DNA from: Clostridiales bacterium
GTDB lineage: Bacteria > Bacillota > Clostridia > Lachnospirales > CAG-274
DNA length: 64,000 bases
Assembly: GCA_021201395.1 (NCBI GenBank)
Contig: JAJQFB010000002.1
Location: 4,306-68,305, forward strand
Direction of reading: 5' to 3'
The notes beneath the pieces were generated by a model. The model was not told the origin of the DNA and did not search any database. It was given only the letters and a program-made list of their open reading frames with translations. Of the stretch, positions 29,532 to 39,113 are shown in pieces. Made by a program: the position numbers and the translations under genes. Numbering within the stretch: position 1 is the stretch's first letter; each line of letters starts with the position of its first letter.

Positions 29532-30803
29532 GTGATTTTATTGGACATCAGTCGAGCGGACCTATTGCAGTATGTTATACTTATTATTTTGTTTTGTCTA
29601 TCCGCCTTTTTTTCCTCGTCGGAAACGGCCTTGACTTCTATCAGCAAGATTAAGATAAGGAGTATGCTGGACGACGGAGTTAAAAACGCAGATATTATAG
29701 CAAAGCTTTTGGATAACAGGTCAAAGCTGCTTTCCGCTATTCTTATCGGAAACAATATTGTAAACACACTTGCCACCTCTATGACGACATCTATAGCTAT
29801 GAAGCTTTTCGGAAACGCCGGAGTGGGAATAGCTACGGGCTTTATAACCGTTGTTGTGCTTATTTTCGGTGAAATTACGCCTAAAAACTATGCCGCCGCA
29901 AACTGCGAGAGCCTTTCTGTGGCCGTTGCCAAGCCTATTTATGCCTGTACGGTTGTATTTACACCCATTATAAAGATTTTAAATGTTGTTACGGGCTTCG
30001 TAATAGGGCTTTTAATAGGAAAGAACAAAACCTCAGGCCCGGCGGTAACAGAAGCGGAGCTTATTTCTATGGTGAACGTAAGCCACGAGGAGGGCATAAT
30101 AGAAAACGACGAAAAGGAAATGTTAAACAATGTAGTGGATTTCGGCGACTGCAACGCAAGGGACGTTATGATTCCCAGAGTGGATATGATAGCCGTGCCT
30201 GTAGACGCCGACCTTGAATATATAAGCAAGGTATATAAACAGGAGCAGTTTACGAGAATGCCCGTTTATGAGGAAACAACCGACAACATAATAGGAATTT
30301 TATCAATAAAGGATATGGGCTTTAACCCCGACCCGGAAAAATTTAACATAAGAAAGCTTATGAGAGAGCCTTATTTTACTTATGAGTCCAAGCCGTCAAA
30401 AGACCTTCTGGGAATTATGAGAAAGAGGAAAATACCTATGGCCATAGTTTTGGACGAATACGGAGGAACCGCCGGTATTGTTACTTTAGAGGATCTTCTT
30501 GAGGAAATAGTGGGGGATATTGCCGATGACAACGATGAACACCCCGATGAAATAACGAAGATTTCCGAAAATGTGTATCTGATTTCGGGAATCGCAAAGA
30601 TAGATGATGTAAACAGTGAAACAGGGGCGGAATTTGACGATGAGGATTTTGACTCAATAGGCGGCTATGTTTCGGGCATAGCCGGAAGATTTCCCAAAGC
30701 AGGGGAGATTATAGAAGAGGGCAATTATAAATTTGTTGTGGAAGAAACGGAGAAAAACAGGATTGAAAAGCTTAGGCTTATAATAGGAGAAGTTTCGGAA
30801 TGA
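29532..30803 (+). CDS. HlyC/CorC (CNNM) family transporter: DUF21 + CBS pair + CorC_HlyC
   Basis: N-terminal 4-TM DUF21 region, CBS-pair region (ARDVMIPRVDM...), and C-terminal transporter-associated domain. Confidence 0.85.
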   Translation: MILLDISRADLLQYVILIILFCLSAFFSSSETALTSISKIKIRSMLDDGVKNADIIAKLLDNRSKLLSAILIGNNIVNTLATSMTTSIAMKLFGNAGVGIATGFITVVVLIFGEITPKNYAAANCESLSVAVAKPIYACTVVFTPIIKILNVVTGFVIGLLIGKNKTSGPAVTEAELISMVNVSHEEGIIENDEKEMLNNVVDFGDCNARDVMIPRVDMIAVPVDADLEYISKVYKQEQFTRMPVYEETTDNIIGILSIKDMGFNPDPEKFNIRKLMREPYFTYESKPSKDLLGIMRKRKIPMAIVLDEYGGTAGIVTLEDLLEEIVGDIADDNDEHPDEITKISENVYLISGIAKIDDVNSETGAEFDDEDFDSIGGYVSGIAGRFPKAGEIIEEGNYKFVVEETEKNRIEKLRLIIGEVSE

Positions 30804-31825
30804 GAAAAATGTTTTTTGGCTCTGACATAGGAATAGATTTGGGAACGGCTACGGTTTTGGTTTACGTCAAGGGCTACGGAATTGTTTTAAAGGAGCCTTC
30901 CGTTGTGGCTATAGACAAAAACACACAGACCGTTCTTGCGGTAGGGGAAGAGGCCAGACGTATGCTGGGCAGAACTCCGGGGAATATTGTGGCCATACGC
31001 CCCTTAAGAGACGGAGTTATCTCTGACTATGACGTTACGGAGAAAATGCTTAAATATTTTATAGAAAAATCCATAGGCAGACACTTCTTCCTCCGTCCGA
31101 AAATCGCCGTCTGCGTCCCCAGTAAGGTTACGGGAGTTGAAAAAAGAGCCGTTGAGGACGCAACAAGAGAAGCCGGAGCAAGAGAGGTTTATATTATAGA
31201 AGAGCCTATTGCCGCCGCTATAGGGGCAGGGGTAGACATAAGCAAGGCCAGCGGAAGTATGGTTGTTGACATAGGGGGCGGAACCTGCGATGTGGCGGTT
31301 ATTTCCTTAGGAGGAACCGTTGTAAGCGACTCAATTAAAATGGCGGGAGACCGCTTTGACGAGGCCATTGTAAGATATATGAGAACGGAGCATCAGCTTC
31401 TCATAGGTGAAAGAACGGCGGAGCAGATTAAAATAACAATAGGAACCGCTTTTCCGAGAGAAGATGAGGTCTGTATGGACGTAAAGGGCAGAGACCTTTT
31501 GGCAGGGCTTCCCAAAACAATTACGGTGTCCTCGTATGAAACCCTTGTGGCTCTGAGGGAATGTACCTCTATGATAACGGATACAATAAAGAATGTGCTT
31601 GAAGAAACTCCTCCGGAGCTTTCGGCAGATATTTCCGACAAGGGAATTATGCTGACGGGAGGGGGAGCTATGCTTTACGGTCTCGAGAAGCTTATTACAA
31701 AGGAAACGGGCATAAAAGCCTTTTACGGTACCGAGGATCCTGTAAGCTGTGTAGCCGTAGGCACGGGAAAGTATATAGAATTTCAAACGGACAGAAAGAG
31801 AAAAAGACGTTGGAGGCTGTGGTAG
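30800..31825 (+). CDS. MreB/Mbl-like actin homolog (second paralog)
   Basis: DIGIDLGTATVLV and [16 protein letters not shown] motifs. Clearly paralogous to the mreB at 3165. Confidence 0.9.
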   Translation: MRKMFFGSDIGIDLGTATVLVYVKGYGIVLKEPSVVAIDKNTQTVLAVGEEARRMLGRTPGNIVAIRPLRDGVISDYDVTEKMLKYFIEKSIGRHFFLRPKIAVCVPSKVTGVEKRAVEDATREAGAREVYIIEEPIAAAIGAGVDISKASGSMVVDIGGGTCDVAVISLGGTVVSDSIKMAGDRFDEAIVRYMRTEHQLLIGERTAEQIKITIGTAFPREDEVCMDVKGRDLLAGLPKTITVSSYETLVALRECTSMITDTIKNVLEETPPELSADISDKGIMLTGGGAMLYGLEKLITKETGIKAFYGTEDPVSCVAVGTGKYIEFQTDRKRKRRWRLW

Positions 31826-31831
31826 AAGAAT

Positions 31832-34210
31832 ATGAATAAAAAGGTGTATAATACACTTGAATTTAATAAAATTTGCGAAAAGCTCTCGAGGCTTTGCGTT
31901 TCGCCTATGGCAAAGGAACTGGCTCTGGGGCTTGAGCCTTCCTCCGATTTAAATGTTATAAACGTAAACCAAAACGAAACCACGGAGGCCGTTTCAATGA
32001 TATTGAAAAGAGGCTCCGTGCCTATGGGCGGCTTAAGAGATTTAAGCGAGGTTTTAAGGAGAGCCGAGGCAGGGGGAATTTTGTCCCTTAGGGAGCTTTT
32101 AAACATTGCGGACTTTTTAAACACCTGTCAGAACGTTAAAAACTACGGTCAGGGGGAAAACAAAAACGAGACCTTTGATATATTAAGGTCTTATTTTGAC
32201 GGGGTTATATTGATTAACGACCTCGAAGCCGACATAAGCCGAAAAATTATTTCGGAGGCCGAGGTTTCCGATTTGGCAAGCAGAGAGCTTTTTTCAATAA
32301 GACAGTCAATAAGAAGCGCAAACGACAGAATAAGGGACAATCTTAACTCTATAATTCATTCGGCAGGGAGCAGGACAATGCTCCAAAACCCGGTTATTAC
32401 AATAAGAAATGACAGATACTGCGTGCCCGTTAAACAGGAATATGTTTCCTCCTTTAAGGGCATACTTCACGACCGCTCCTCTACAGGGGCTACGGTTTTT
32501 ATGGAGCCTGCCTCCGTTGTGGAAGCAAACAACAAAATAGCGGAGCTTAGGATAAAGGAAAAGGAAGAAATTCAGAAAATTTTACAGAAGCTGTCGGAAG
32601 CCGTAGCGGAAAACAGCGGCATAATAAGAGCGGACAGCGATATTTTAATACATTTGGATTTTGTCTTTGCAAAAGCGGAGCTTTCTCTTTCAATGGAAGC
32701 CTCAAGGCCGGTTTTTAACGGCGAGGGCTATATAAATTTGAGAAGAGCAAGACACCCCCTCATAGACAGGGAGAGGGCTGTGCCTACCAATATTTGGCTG
32801 GGAAAGGATTTTACAACTCTTCTTATAATAGGCCCCAACACAGGGGGAAAAACCGTAGCCCTTAAGACAATAGGAATTTTTTCCCTTATGGGTCAGGCCG
32901 GGCTCCACATTCCGGCCTTTGACGGCTCTGAATTAGGTGTTTTTGAGGAGATTTTTGCAGACATAGGGGACGAACAGAGCATAGAACAGTCTTTGAGTAC
33001 ATTTTCCTCCCATATGGGAAATATTGTATCAATTCTTGACAATGTTACCTCCGAGAGCCTTGTTCTTATAGACGAGCTGGGTTCGGGAACAGACCCGACG
33101 GAGGGCTCTGCCTTAGCCGTTTCAATAATTAAATATCTCCACCATATGAAAATAAGAACAGCCGTTACAACCCACTACAGCGAGCTTAAGCTTTTTGCTT
33201 TAACTACAGAGGGGATTGAGAATGCCTGCTGTGAATTTGACGTAAATACATTAAGCCCCACCTACAGGCTTATGATAGGGGTGCCGGGAAAGTCAAACGC
33301 CTTTGCAATTTCTAAAAAATTAGGCCTTAAGGACTTTATCATAGAGGGCGCAAGGGAGATTTTAAACCGTGAGGATATAAAGGTTGAGGACGCTATTTTA
33401 GAGCTTGAAGCAGGCAGGAAAACCATAGAGGCTGAAAGGGAAAGAGCCGAGGCTTTCAGACAGGAGGCGGAACGCTACAGAGCGGAAATTAAGGAACAGA
33501 ACGAAAAGCTTAAGGTTCGTAAGGAGAAAATAATCCTACAGGCTAACGAGGAAGCAAGGCGGATTATTTCCGACGCAAAGGACGAAAGCGACAAAATAAT
33601 AAAGGAAATGAGGCGTCTTTCAAAAGAGGCCGGAAACAGCGAAAAATTAGAGCAGAAACGCAGAAGCCTTAAGGAAAGCTTAAATAAATCCAACGAAAAA
33701 TTAAGCAAATTAAGCAGGAAAAACAAACCTAAGAGGGAGCGGCCTAAAAAGCTCAGCGTAGGCGACAGAGTATTTATAGACGATATAGGTACAACAGGCT
33801 CTGTCATTACAAAGCCCGACCAAAACGGAGAGCTTTTTGTTCAGGCAGGCATAATGAAGATAAAGACAAATATAAACAGGCTGTCATTGACAAACGAAAA
33901 GCCCTCGGACTATTCTAAGGCAAAGGGAATCTACAGTGCAAGGGTCAGAATGGAGAACGCAAAGTCGGTTTCAACCGAGGTTGACCTTCGGGGCTTAAGC
34001 GTGTATGAGGGAATAGAAAAGCTTGACAAATATTTGGACAGTGCAATTTTGGCAGGCTTAAGCCCTGTTAATATAATCCACGGCAAGGGAACGGGGGTTC
34101 TGCGTTCCGCCGTTCACGACTTTCTCAAGGGTCACAGCGGCGTAAAGTCCTACCGTTTGGGCGAATACGGCGAGGGCGATTCGGGAATCACCGTAGCCGT
34201 TCTTAAATAA
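31832..34210 (+). CDS. mutS2: endonuclease MutS2 (MutS domain V + Smr)
   Basis: Walker A GPNTGGKT, coiled-coil linker, and C-terminal Smr domain (DLRGLSVYEG...IIHGKGTGVLR). Confidence 0.95.
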   Translation: MNKKVYNTLEFNKICEKLSRLCVSPMAKELALGLEPSSDLNVINVNQNETTEAVSMILKRGSVPMGGLRDLSEVLRRAEAGGILSLRELLNIADFLNTCQNVKNYGQGENKNETFDILRSYFDGVILINDLEADISRKIISEAEVSDLASRELFSIRQSIRSANDRIRDNLNSIIHSAGSRTMLQNPVITIRNDRYCVPVKQEYVSSFKGILHDRSSTGATVFMEPASVVEANNKIAELRIKEKEEIQKILQKLSEAVAENSGIIRADSDILIHLDFVFAKAELSLSMEASRPVFNGEGYINLRRARHPLIDRERAVPTNIWLGKDFTTLLIIGPNTGGKTVALKTIGIFSLMGQAGLHIPAFDGSELGVFEEIFADIGDEQSIEQSLSTFSSHMGNIVSILDNVTSESLVLIDELGSGTDPTEGSALAVSIIKYLHHMKIRTAVTTHYSELKLFALTTEGIENACCEFDVNTLSPTYRLMIGVPGKSNAFAISKKLGLKDFIIEGAREILNREDIKVEDAILELEAGRKTIEAERERAEAFRQEAERYRAEIKEQNEKLKVRKEKIILQANEEARRIISDAKDESDKIIKEMRRLSKEAGNSEKLEQKRRSLKESLNKSNEKLSKLSRKNKPKRERPKKLSVGDRVFIDDIGTTGSVITKPDQNGELFVQAGIMKIKTNINRLSLTNEKPSDYSKAKGIYSARVRMENAKSVSTEVDLRGLSVYEGIEKLDKYLDSAILAGLSPVNIIHGKGTGVLRSAVHDFLKGHSGVKSYRLGEYGEGDSGITVAVLK

Positions 34211-34264
34211 TGTCACAGTAATTTATTGAAAATTTCGGGCAAGTCATGATTTTCAATTAATATT

Positions 34265-34300
34265 AAAAGCCGTTCGGTTTTAAGCTTCCGAGCGGCTTTT
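34265..34300. terminator. bidirectional rho-independent terminator
   Basis: AAAAGCCGTTCGG-loop-CCGAGCGGCTTTT (one G-T pair) lies between the convergent mutS2 (+) and yigZ (-) genes. Confidence 0.65.
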
Positions 34301-34353
34301 AATATTTTTTATATCAAATTTTTCTCATACAGATTATAATGTTCCTTGCTTTT

Positions 34354-34974
34354 TCAGCCGTAAAACAAACCGCCTGCTTCAAAGACTGCTTTTCCCTGAG
34401 ATATATCCTTAACACGAGCCTCTAAATTATCTGTTTCCTCAGCAGGGCAGGCCGAGATTATTTTTACTTTGTCCGTAAAAACAGTGTCTGAAATCTTATA
34501 GCCGCTCTTTAAAAGCATATACTGTATTTTGCCGTGGAGACTGTAGTCGGAGGTAATTTCCGTCCGGCGGTAAAGTGTCATTGTCACGGTTTCCGCCGCC
34601 TTAAGCCCTGCCTTTGCGGCTTGCGAATAGGCTCTTACAAGTCCTCCCGTTCCCAAAAGTATGCCCCCGAAATATCTTGTCACTATAACAACGGCGTCTG
34701 TTATGTCCTCGCCCTTTAAAATATCCAGCATAGGTATCCCCGCGGTTCCCTGAGGTTCTCCGTCATCGGAATATTTGAGAAATTCGCCCTTTTTGCCTAT
34801 TCTGTAGGCGCAGCAGTTGTGCCTTGCATCGTGATATTTCTTTTTAACCTCCGAAATCCGCTCAAGGGCTTCCGCTTCGGTTTCTGCAGGATATACGTCT
34901 GCAATGAATCTTGACTTTTTAACAACAACCTCATCGGTTCCGTAATGTTTAACGGTTTTATAGCTCTGAGCCAT
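34354..34974 (-). CDS. yigZ: YigZ / IMPACT family protein (UPF0029)
   Basis: Blocks HNCCAYRIG, DDGEPQGTAG and VVIVTRYFGG. Confidence 0.8.
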   Translation of the reverse strand: MAQSYKTVKHYGTDEVVVKKSRFIADVYPAETEAEALERISEVKKKYHDARHNCCAYRIGKKGEFLKYSDDGEPQGTAGIPMLDILKGEDITDAVVIVTRYFGGILLGTGGLVRAYSQAAKAGLKAAETVTMTLYRRTEITSDYSLHGKIQYMLLKSGYKISDTVFTDKVKIISACPAEETDNLEARVKDISQGKAVFEAGGLFYG

Positions 34975-35688
34975 TCAAAATCCTCCGTTGGCGTTTGTGA
35001 TAAGCGTAATAATTGGATTGAATTTATAAAACATTCGGGCTATGATGGTGCTGTCTAAGGAGTCGAAAATATGACTTAAATCCGGTGTTGCAAGGAAAAT
35101 GTTTAAGCCTGCAAAAATAACCCAGATAATTATACAGGCACTTACAAGGCCTATAGCTCCGCCTAAGCCTGCGTTAAAGAAGCCGAAAATAGGCAGTTTG
35201 GAGAATATATTCAAAATAACAAGCAGAAAGTAAAGAACCAAAGCCGCTAAAATGAAAGTTATAACATATGACAGCATTGTTACCGCATATTCCGCAACAA
35301 ATTCGCTTATGGTCTGTTTAAGTGTGGCGGTTGCGTCATTCTGCATCTGTTTAAGATAGTCACTGTTTAAAAAGGCTGTTTTTATAAAATCGGGCAGGTC
35401 GAGACTGTTTACGGAATATTCCGTAATTTCCGTTGTTCCCGATGTGAGATTTAAATTGGTTGAAACGAGGGTCTTTATAACGTCCTTGACGCAAATTGTC
35501 TCTAAAAAGTATTTTGTATAGGGGAAAAGCGCCCTTGCCAAAAAGAGAGAGATTACCGTAGACAGCAGTCTGAAAACAGCCTGTATAAAGCCTCTTTTCG
35601 CTCCTAAAGCCACGCAGATAACCACTATTAACAAAACTCCGATGTCAAATAAAATAGATAAATTGTCCATATTTTTTCTCCTATTCAT
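34975..35688 (-). CDS. CvpA family membrane protein
   Basis: Polytopic protein with an N-terminal CvpA-like segment (DIGVLLIVVICVALGAKRGFIQAV). Abuts the yigZ start. Confidence 0.7.
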   Translation of the reverse strand: MNRRKNMDNLSILFDIGVLLIVVICVALGAKRGFIQAVFRLLSTVISLFLARALFPYTKYFLETICVKDVIKTLVSTNLNLTSGTTEITEYSVNSLDLPDFIKTAFLNSDYLKQMQNDATATLKQTISEFVAEYAVTMLSYVITFILAALVLYFLLVILNIFSKLPIFGFFNAGLGGAIGLVSACIIIWVIFAGLNIFLATPDLSHIFDSLDSTIIARMFYKFNPIITLITNANGGF

Positions 35689-35696
35689 TTATTGCT

Positions 35697-37190
35697 TTAT
35701 TGTTCGGAAGCCTCTTCTTCCTTCGGTGTTTCCTCTTCTTCCTCGGAAACGGCTTCCTCCGAAGTTTCAGACTCCGCTCTTTCCGTTTCTTCCGTTTCTT
35801 CTTCCTCTGTATCGGCTCTTTCAGCCTGTCCGTTTTCCGGGGCGGCTTCTTCTTCAGAGGCCGGCTCGGCTGCTTCGGTTGTTTCAACCTCGGTTCCTAT
35901 GCCGTCATCACTGTCTGAGCCGAATATATCCGAAATAATATTTCCTACCCCTTTAGACTTAACTTCCATTACATAGGCCTCTTTCGGTGTAACTATAAGA
36001 GCCTTTGAATTTCCATCATAAACCAAAAGCTTGTTTACGTCTTGGGCTACGGTGCAGGACAGAAAACGTCCTCCGTTTTTGTCAAAGGCCTGAAATGAAC
36101 GGTTCATCTTCACAACAATAACCGAAGAATTACCGTATATTCCGTCAATGGACTTTTCCATAACCGTTTTAAACATTTCTTTACCGTTTAGATTATAAAC
36201 AACAACAGTGTTTTCTTCCTCTGCCGAATCCGTATTCAGATTTTTTTCTCCGCAGCCTACGGCTATATAGCTGTTTCCGGCAAAGGCCAAAGCTTTCAGG
36301 CTGTTTTGAGCCTGTACCGTCCAGCTTTCACTGCACCGTACATTGTCCCCCTCAAGACTCAGCTTTACACAGACAATCTCAGAGGCGGAAACGGCTATAA
36401 GGCTGTCGTTGTTCATAAACCTTAATATGCCCATAACCTCGCCGTTTCTTACAAAGGAAGCCGCCATTTCTTTCTCCTCGTCTATGCTGCTGTCGCCGGT
36501 CTGTTTGAGATTGTAAAAAATAACCCTCGACTCAAGCTCGGTGTAGCCTGTGTATATATAGGATATGGCCAGATACCGTCCGTCATCGGAAATATCACAG
36601 CCTAAGGCAAGCCCCTCCTCAATGGGGTTTTTAGCCATAAAGGCGGTAAAGCCGCTTTCCGTATATGCGGTTATTGTATATTCCGCATCGCTTTCCGTTA
36701 TAAGAACGGAGCCGCCTTTTTCGTTTACAGCAAAGGAGGAAATACTGTTGTCGGCGGTGATTTTATATAAATTTCCCGATGTATTATAGACGGTAAAAAG
36801 ACCTCCGCCCTTTTCGGAAACGCCTATAATGTCGCCGTCGCCGGAAACAACGGGGTTCATCATAGTATATGTATCCTGCCACTTTATGGAGGAGCCGCTT
36901 TCGTTCATAAAAATTACTCCGTCTTTTGTGACAAAATAAAGCCCGCTGTCGGTTGTGTAAAAGTCCGCCTTGTCGCCCTGTTCATAGCCTATTGTGTTAA
37001 TATTGTCTCCTATGAACCGTCCTCCCGTGGAGCTGAAAAAATTGTGGTATATTCTGACGCCTGTAAATACCAAAACCCCAACGGCAAAAATTATTATAAA
37101 CCACCTTAAATAATTTTTGGGCTTTTTATTTTCCCCTTCAAAATCTTTCGTTTTATCTTCAATTAATTCTGTTTTATCCTTTTCGTCCAT
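35697..37190 (-). CDS. membrane-anchored repeat (beta-propeller-like) protein with a strongly acidic C-terminal tail; possibly DUF5711
   Basis: One N-terminal TM segment, then repeated beta-rich segments. The last ~70 aa are E/T/A-rich. The family assignment is from memory only. Confidence 0.5.
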   Translation of the reverse strand: MDEKDKTELIEDKTKDFEGENKKPKNYLRWFIIIFAVGVLVFTGVRIYHNFFSSTGGRFIGDNINTIGYEQGDKADFYTTDSGLYFVTKDGVIFMNESGSSIKWQDTYTMMNPVVSGDGDIIGVSEKGGGLFTVYNTSGNLYKITADNSISSFAVNEKGGSVLITESDAEYTITAYTESGFTAFMAKNPIEEGLALGCDISDDGRYLAISYIYTGYTELESRVIFYNLKQTGDSSIDEEKEMAASFVRNGEVMGILRFMNNDSLIAVSASEIVCVKLSLEGDNVRCSESWTVQAQNSLKALAFAGNSYIAVGCGEKNLNTDSAEEENTVVVYNLNGKEMFKTVMEKSIDGIYGNSSVIVVKMNRSFQAFDKNGGRFLSCTVAQDVNKLLVYDGNSKALIVTPKEAYVMEVKSKGVGNIISDIFGSDSDDGIGTEVETTEAAEPASEEEAAPENGQAERADTEEEETEETERAESETSEEAVSEEEEETPKEEEASEQ

Positions 37191-37395
37191 ACTGACCTCT
37201 TTTTACGGTATATTTTAATTGCTTCTTAAAAGAAGCTTATATTTAACAATTATATTTTACCACAAAATACGTTCCTTGACTACTGAAAATTTTAAAATTT
37301 TTCCGCAAATTTTGCATCGGAGGCCAAAATAGGGCTTTATTTCGGATAAAAAAGAAATGTTAAGTAAAAAATGCCCCATTTTTAAAAAATTTTTC

Positions 37396-37424
37396 TTGAC
37401 TTGATGGAAGGTTTTTTATATAAT
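37396..37424 (+). promoter_or_regulatory. sigma-A-type promoter for rpmH-rnpA-yidD
   Basis: TTGACT (37396-37401), 17-nt spacer, TATAAT (37419-37424). Confidence 0.5.
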
Positions 37425-37495
37425 AGGATAAGTGCTTGTGCAATTTATTATTAGAAGCAATAAAGCAATTATATATACAGGAGGTGTGCTTTAAT

Positions 37496-37630
37496 ATGAA
37501 GATGACATATCAGCCGAAGAAAAGACAGCGTTCGAGAGAACATGGCTTCAGAAAAAGAATGAGAACTTCAAACGGCAGAAAGGTTTTAGCAAGAAGAAGA
37601 GCTAAAGGCAGAAAGGTTTTATCTGCTTAA
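37496..37630 (+). CDS. rpmH: 50S ribosomal protein L34
   Basis: [52 protein letters not shown] upstream. The ORF-track start is trimmed. Confidence 0.95.
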   Translation: MKMTYQPKKRQRSREHGFRKRMRTSNGRKVLARRRAKGRKVLSA

Positions 37631-37720
37631 TAGGGTTGAGAAATGGGCTGTCTTAGGGTTTACCGGGGCAGCTTTTTCGATTTTTAGGACTTTTAAGTTT
37701 TTTATAATTATCTCCGAGAG

Positions 37721-38110
37721 GTGAAGCAAATGAAATTTACCGAATCCCTTAAAAAGAATTATCAGTTTCGCTGCGTATACAGCCGGGGGCGGTCTATTGC
37801 AAACAAATATCTCATAATGTATGTTATGAAAAACGGCTCCGAGGGGAACCGCTTAGGTATTTCCGTCAGCAAAAAAATAGGAAATTCTGTTGTAAGAAGC
37901 CGGGTTACCCGTCTTATAAGGGAGGCCTACCGCCTTTCGGAGGACAATATAAAGCCGGGCTACGACATAGCCGTTATAGCCCGAAGCGCAATGAGGGGGA
38001 CATCCTACGCCGAAGCCCATCGAAGCTTAAACCACCTTTTAAGAATACACAAGCTTCTCAAAGCCTCTCCCGAAAAACAGCAAACAAAAAAGGGGGCGGA
38101 GGAACAGTGA
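37721..38110 (+). CDS. rnpA: ribonuclease P protein component
   Basis: Basic ~125-aa protein ([28 protein letters not shown]) directly after rpmH. The start could instead be the ATG at 37730. Confidence 0.9.
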   Translation: MKQMKFTESLKKNYQFRCVYSRGRSIANKYLIMYVMKNGSEGNRLGISVSKKIGNSVVRSRVTRLIREAYRLSEDNIKPGYDIAVIARSAMRGTSYAEAHRSLNHLLRIHKLLKASPEKQQTKKGAEEQ

Positions 38111-38331
38111 AAAAAAGTATTCCGGCTCGCCTCGCCCTTTTGCTTATTAAATTTTATAAAAAATTCATATCGCCCAGAACTCCCCCGAGCTGTAAATATA
38201 TTCCAACCTGCTCCACCTACGCAATGCAGGCTATAGAAAAATACGGCTTTTTAAAGGGGGGCTTAAAGGCTGCATGGAGGATTCTCCGCTGCAATCCCTT
38301 TTCAAAGGGGGGCTATGACCCTTTGGAATAG
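38107..38331 (+). CDS. yidD: membrane protein insertion efficiency factor YidD
   Basis: The FYKKFISP...[19 protein letters not shown]...RILRCNPF pattern is diagnostic. Confidence 0.9.
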   Translation: MKKSIPARLALLLIKFYKKFISPRTPPSCKYIPTCSTYAMQAIEKYGFLKGGLKAAWRILRCNPFSKGGYDPLE

Positions 38332-38342
38332 CTTATACCGGC

Positions 38343-38705
38343 TTATTTTTCCACAAATGTTTTTACAATGGATAAAACCTGATTTTTTTCTTTTTCGTTA
38401 AGCTTATAAAGATAAGAAACTATTTTGTTCATTGTTTTGTCCTCCGACAGGTCTGAACTTTTGTCGTAGTCTGTCAGCTCCGAGACGGTTGTGTCAAAGC
38501 CGAAAGCAAGCTTTTCAAGTGTAACAAGGGTAGGGCTTTTTTGTCCTCTTTCTATTTGGCCTATGTGAGAGGGCTGCATACCGCATCTGTAGGCAAGCTC
38601 CTCTTGAGATATGCCCATTTCCGCCCTCATTTTCTTAACCTTTAAGCCTATATCACTTTTCTTTGTCAAAAAAATCCCCCCGTTGCAGCTTTTATTTGAA
38701 AACAC
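38343..38705 (-). CDS. XRE-family helix-turn-helix transcriptional regulator
   Basis: HTH_3 pattern IGLKVKKMRAEMGISQEELAYRCGMQPSHIGQIERGQKSPTLVTLEKLA. The true start is probably the TTG at 38669, behind a G-rich RBS. Confidence 0.8.
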   Translation of the reverse strand: MFSNKSCNGGIFLTKKSDIGLKVKKMRAEMGISQEELAYRCGMQPSHIGQIERGQKSPTLVTLEKLAFGFDTTVSELTDYDKSSDLSEDKTMNKIVSYLYKLNEKEKNQVLSIVKTFVEK

Positions 38706-38960
38706 ACTTATGCTTCAATTACTTCAATATTTTTCTATTTTTAAGTATAATACAATAATAAAAACTTTCAAAATATAAAAGTTCTTAAACTCACGGGAAC
38801 AAAAGTTGCTGAGGGCTTAAGGTTTTTTTGTTTGTGACAAGCTTTTAGGATAAGATTTATGCAGGGCTTAACAAGTGAAAGCCGAAAGAGCTTCGGAACC
38901 GAGGATATACTATTGTTAAAAGAGGTGTTTGCCCTGCGGCAAACGCAAAACCTTTTAAAC

Positions 38961-39032
38961 AGCACAAACCGAGGGAGATGTCAAGGGTCCGGAGGACTTG
39001 CGAAGCCCTTGACATCTTCCTCGGTTTGTGCT
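38961..39032. other. long near-perfect inverted repeat (26-27 bp stem, 18-nt loop) inside an ORF-free structured region
   Basis: GCACAAACCGAGGGAGATGTCAAGGG - TCCGGAGGACTTGCGAAG - CCCTTGACATCTTCCTCGGTTTGTGC. There is one G-T position in 26 pairs. Confidence 0.6.
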
Positions 39033-39113
39033 ACCCCCGCGGATGCTTTTCGGTACAACAGGCGGCACCTCGCAATTCAAAAAATCTGCCGCAAGCCCCA
39101 ATAAAAAGAAGCC

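Noticed and set aside
35642-35976. Three overlapping ORFs on both strands, including an extremely basic 68-aa peptide (KKKPPRKTDRLKEPIQRKKKRKKRKERS...).
   Set aside because: These are alternative-frame readings of the GAA/GAG-rich DNA that encodes the acidic tail of the 35697-37190 protein. They are low-complexity artefacts.
37191-37495. Possible oriC/DnaA-box cluster upstream of rpmH.
   Set aside because: No perfect TTATCCACA or TGTGGATAA is present. There is a single 7/9 match (TTTACCACA), and no dnaA gene is adjacent.
38985-39006. The loop of the long hairpin (GGGTCCGGAGGACTTGCGAAGCCC) superficially recalls the SRP RNA domain IV motif GGUCCGGAAGGAAGCAGCC.
   Set aside because: The symmetric and asymmetric internal loops and the GNAR tetraloop context of SRP helix 8 are absent. 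The stem is a perfect duplex right up to the loop, and no Alu or 5'/3' closing helices are evident.
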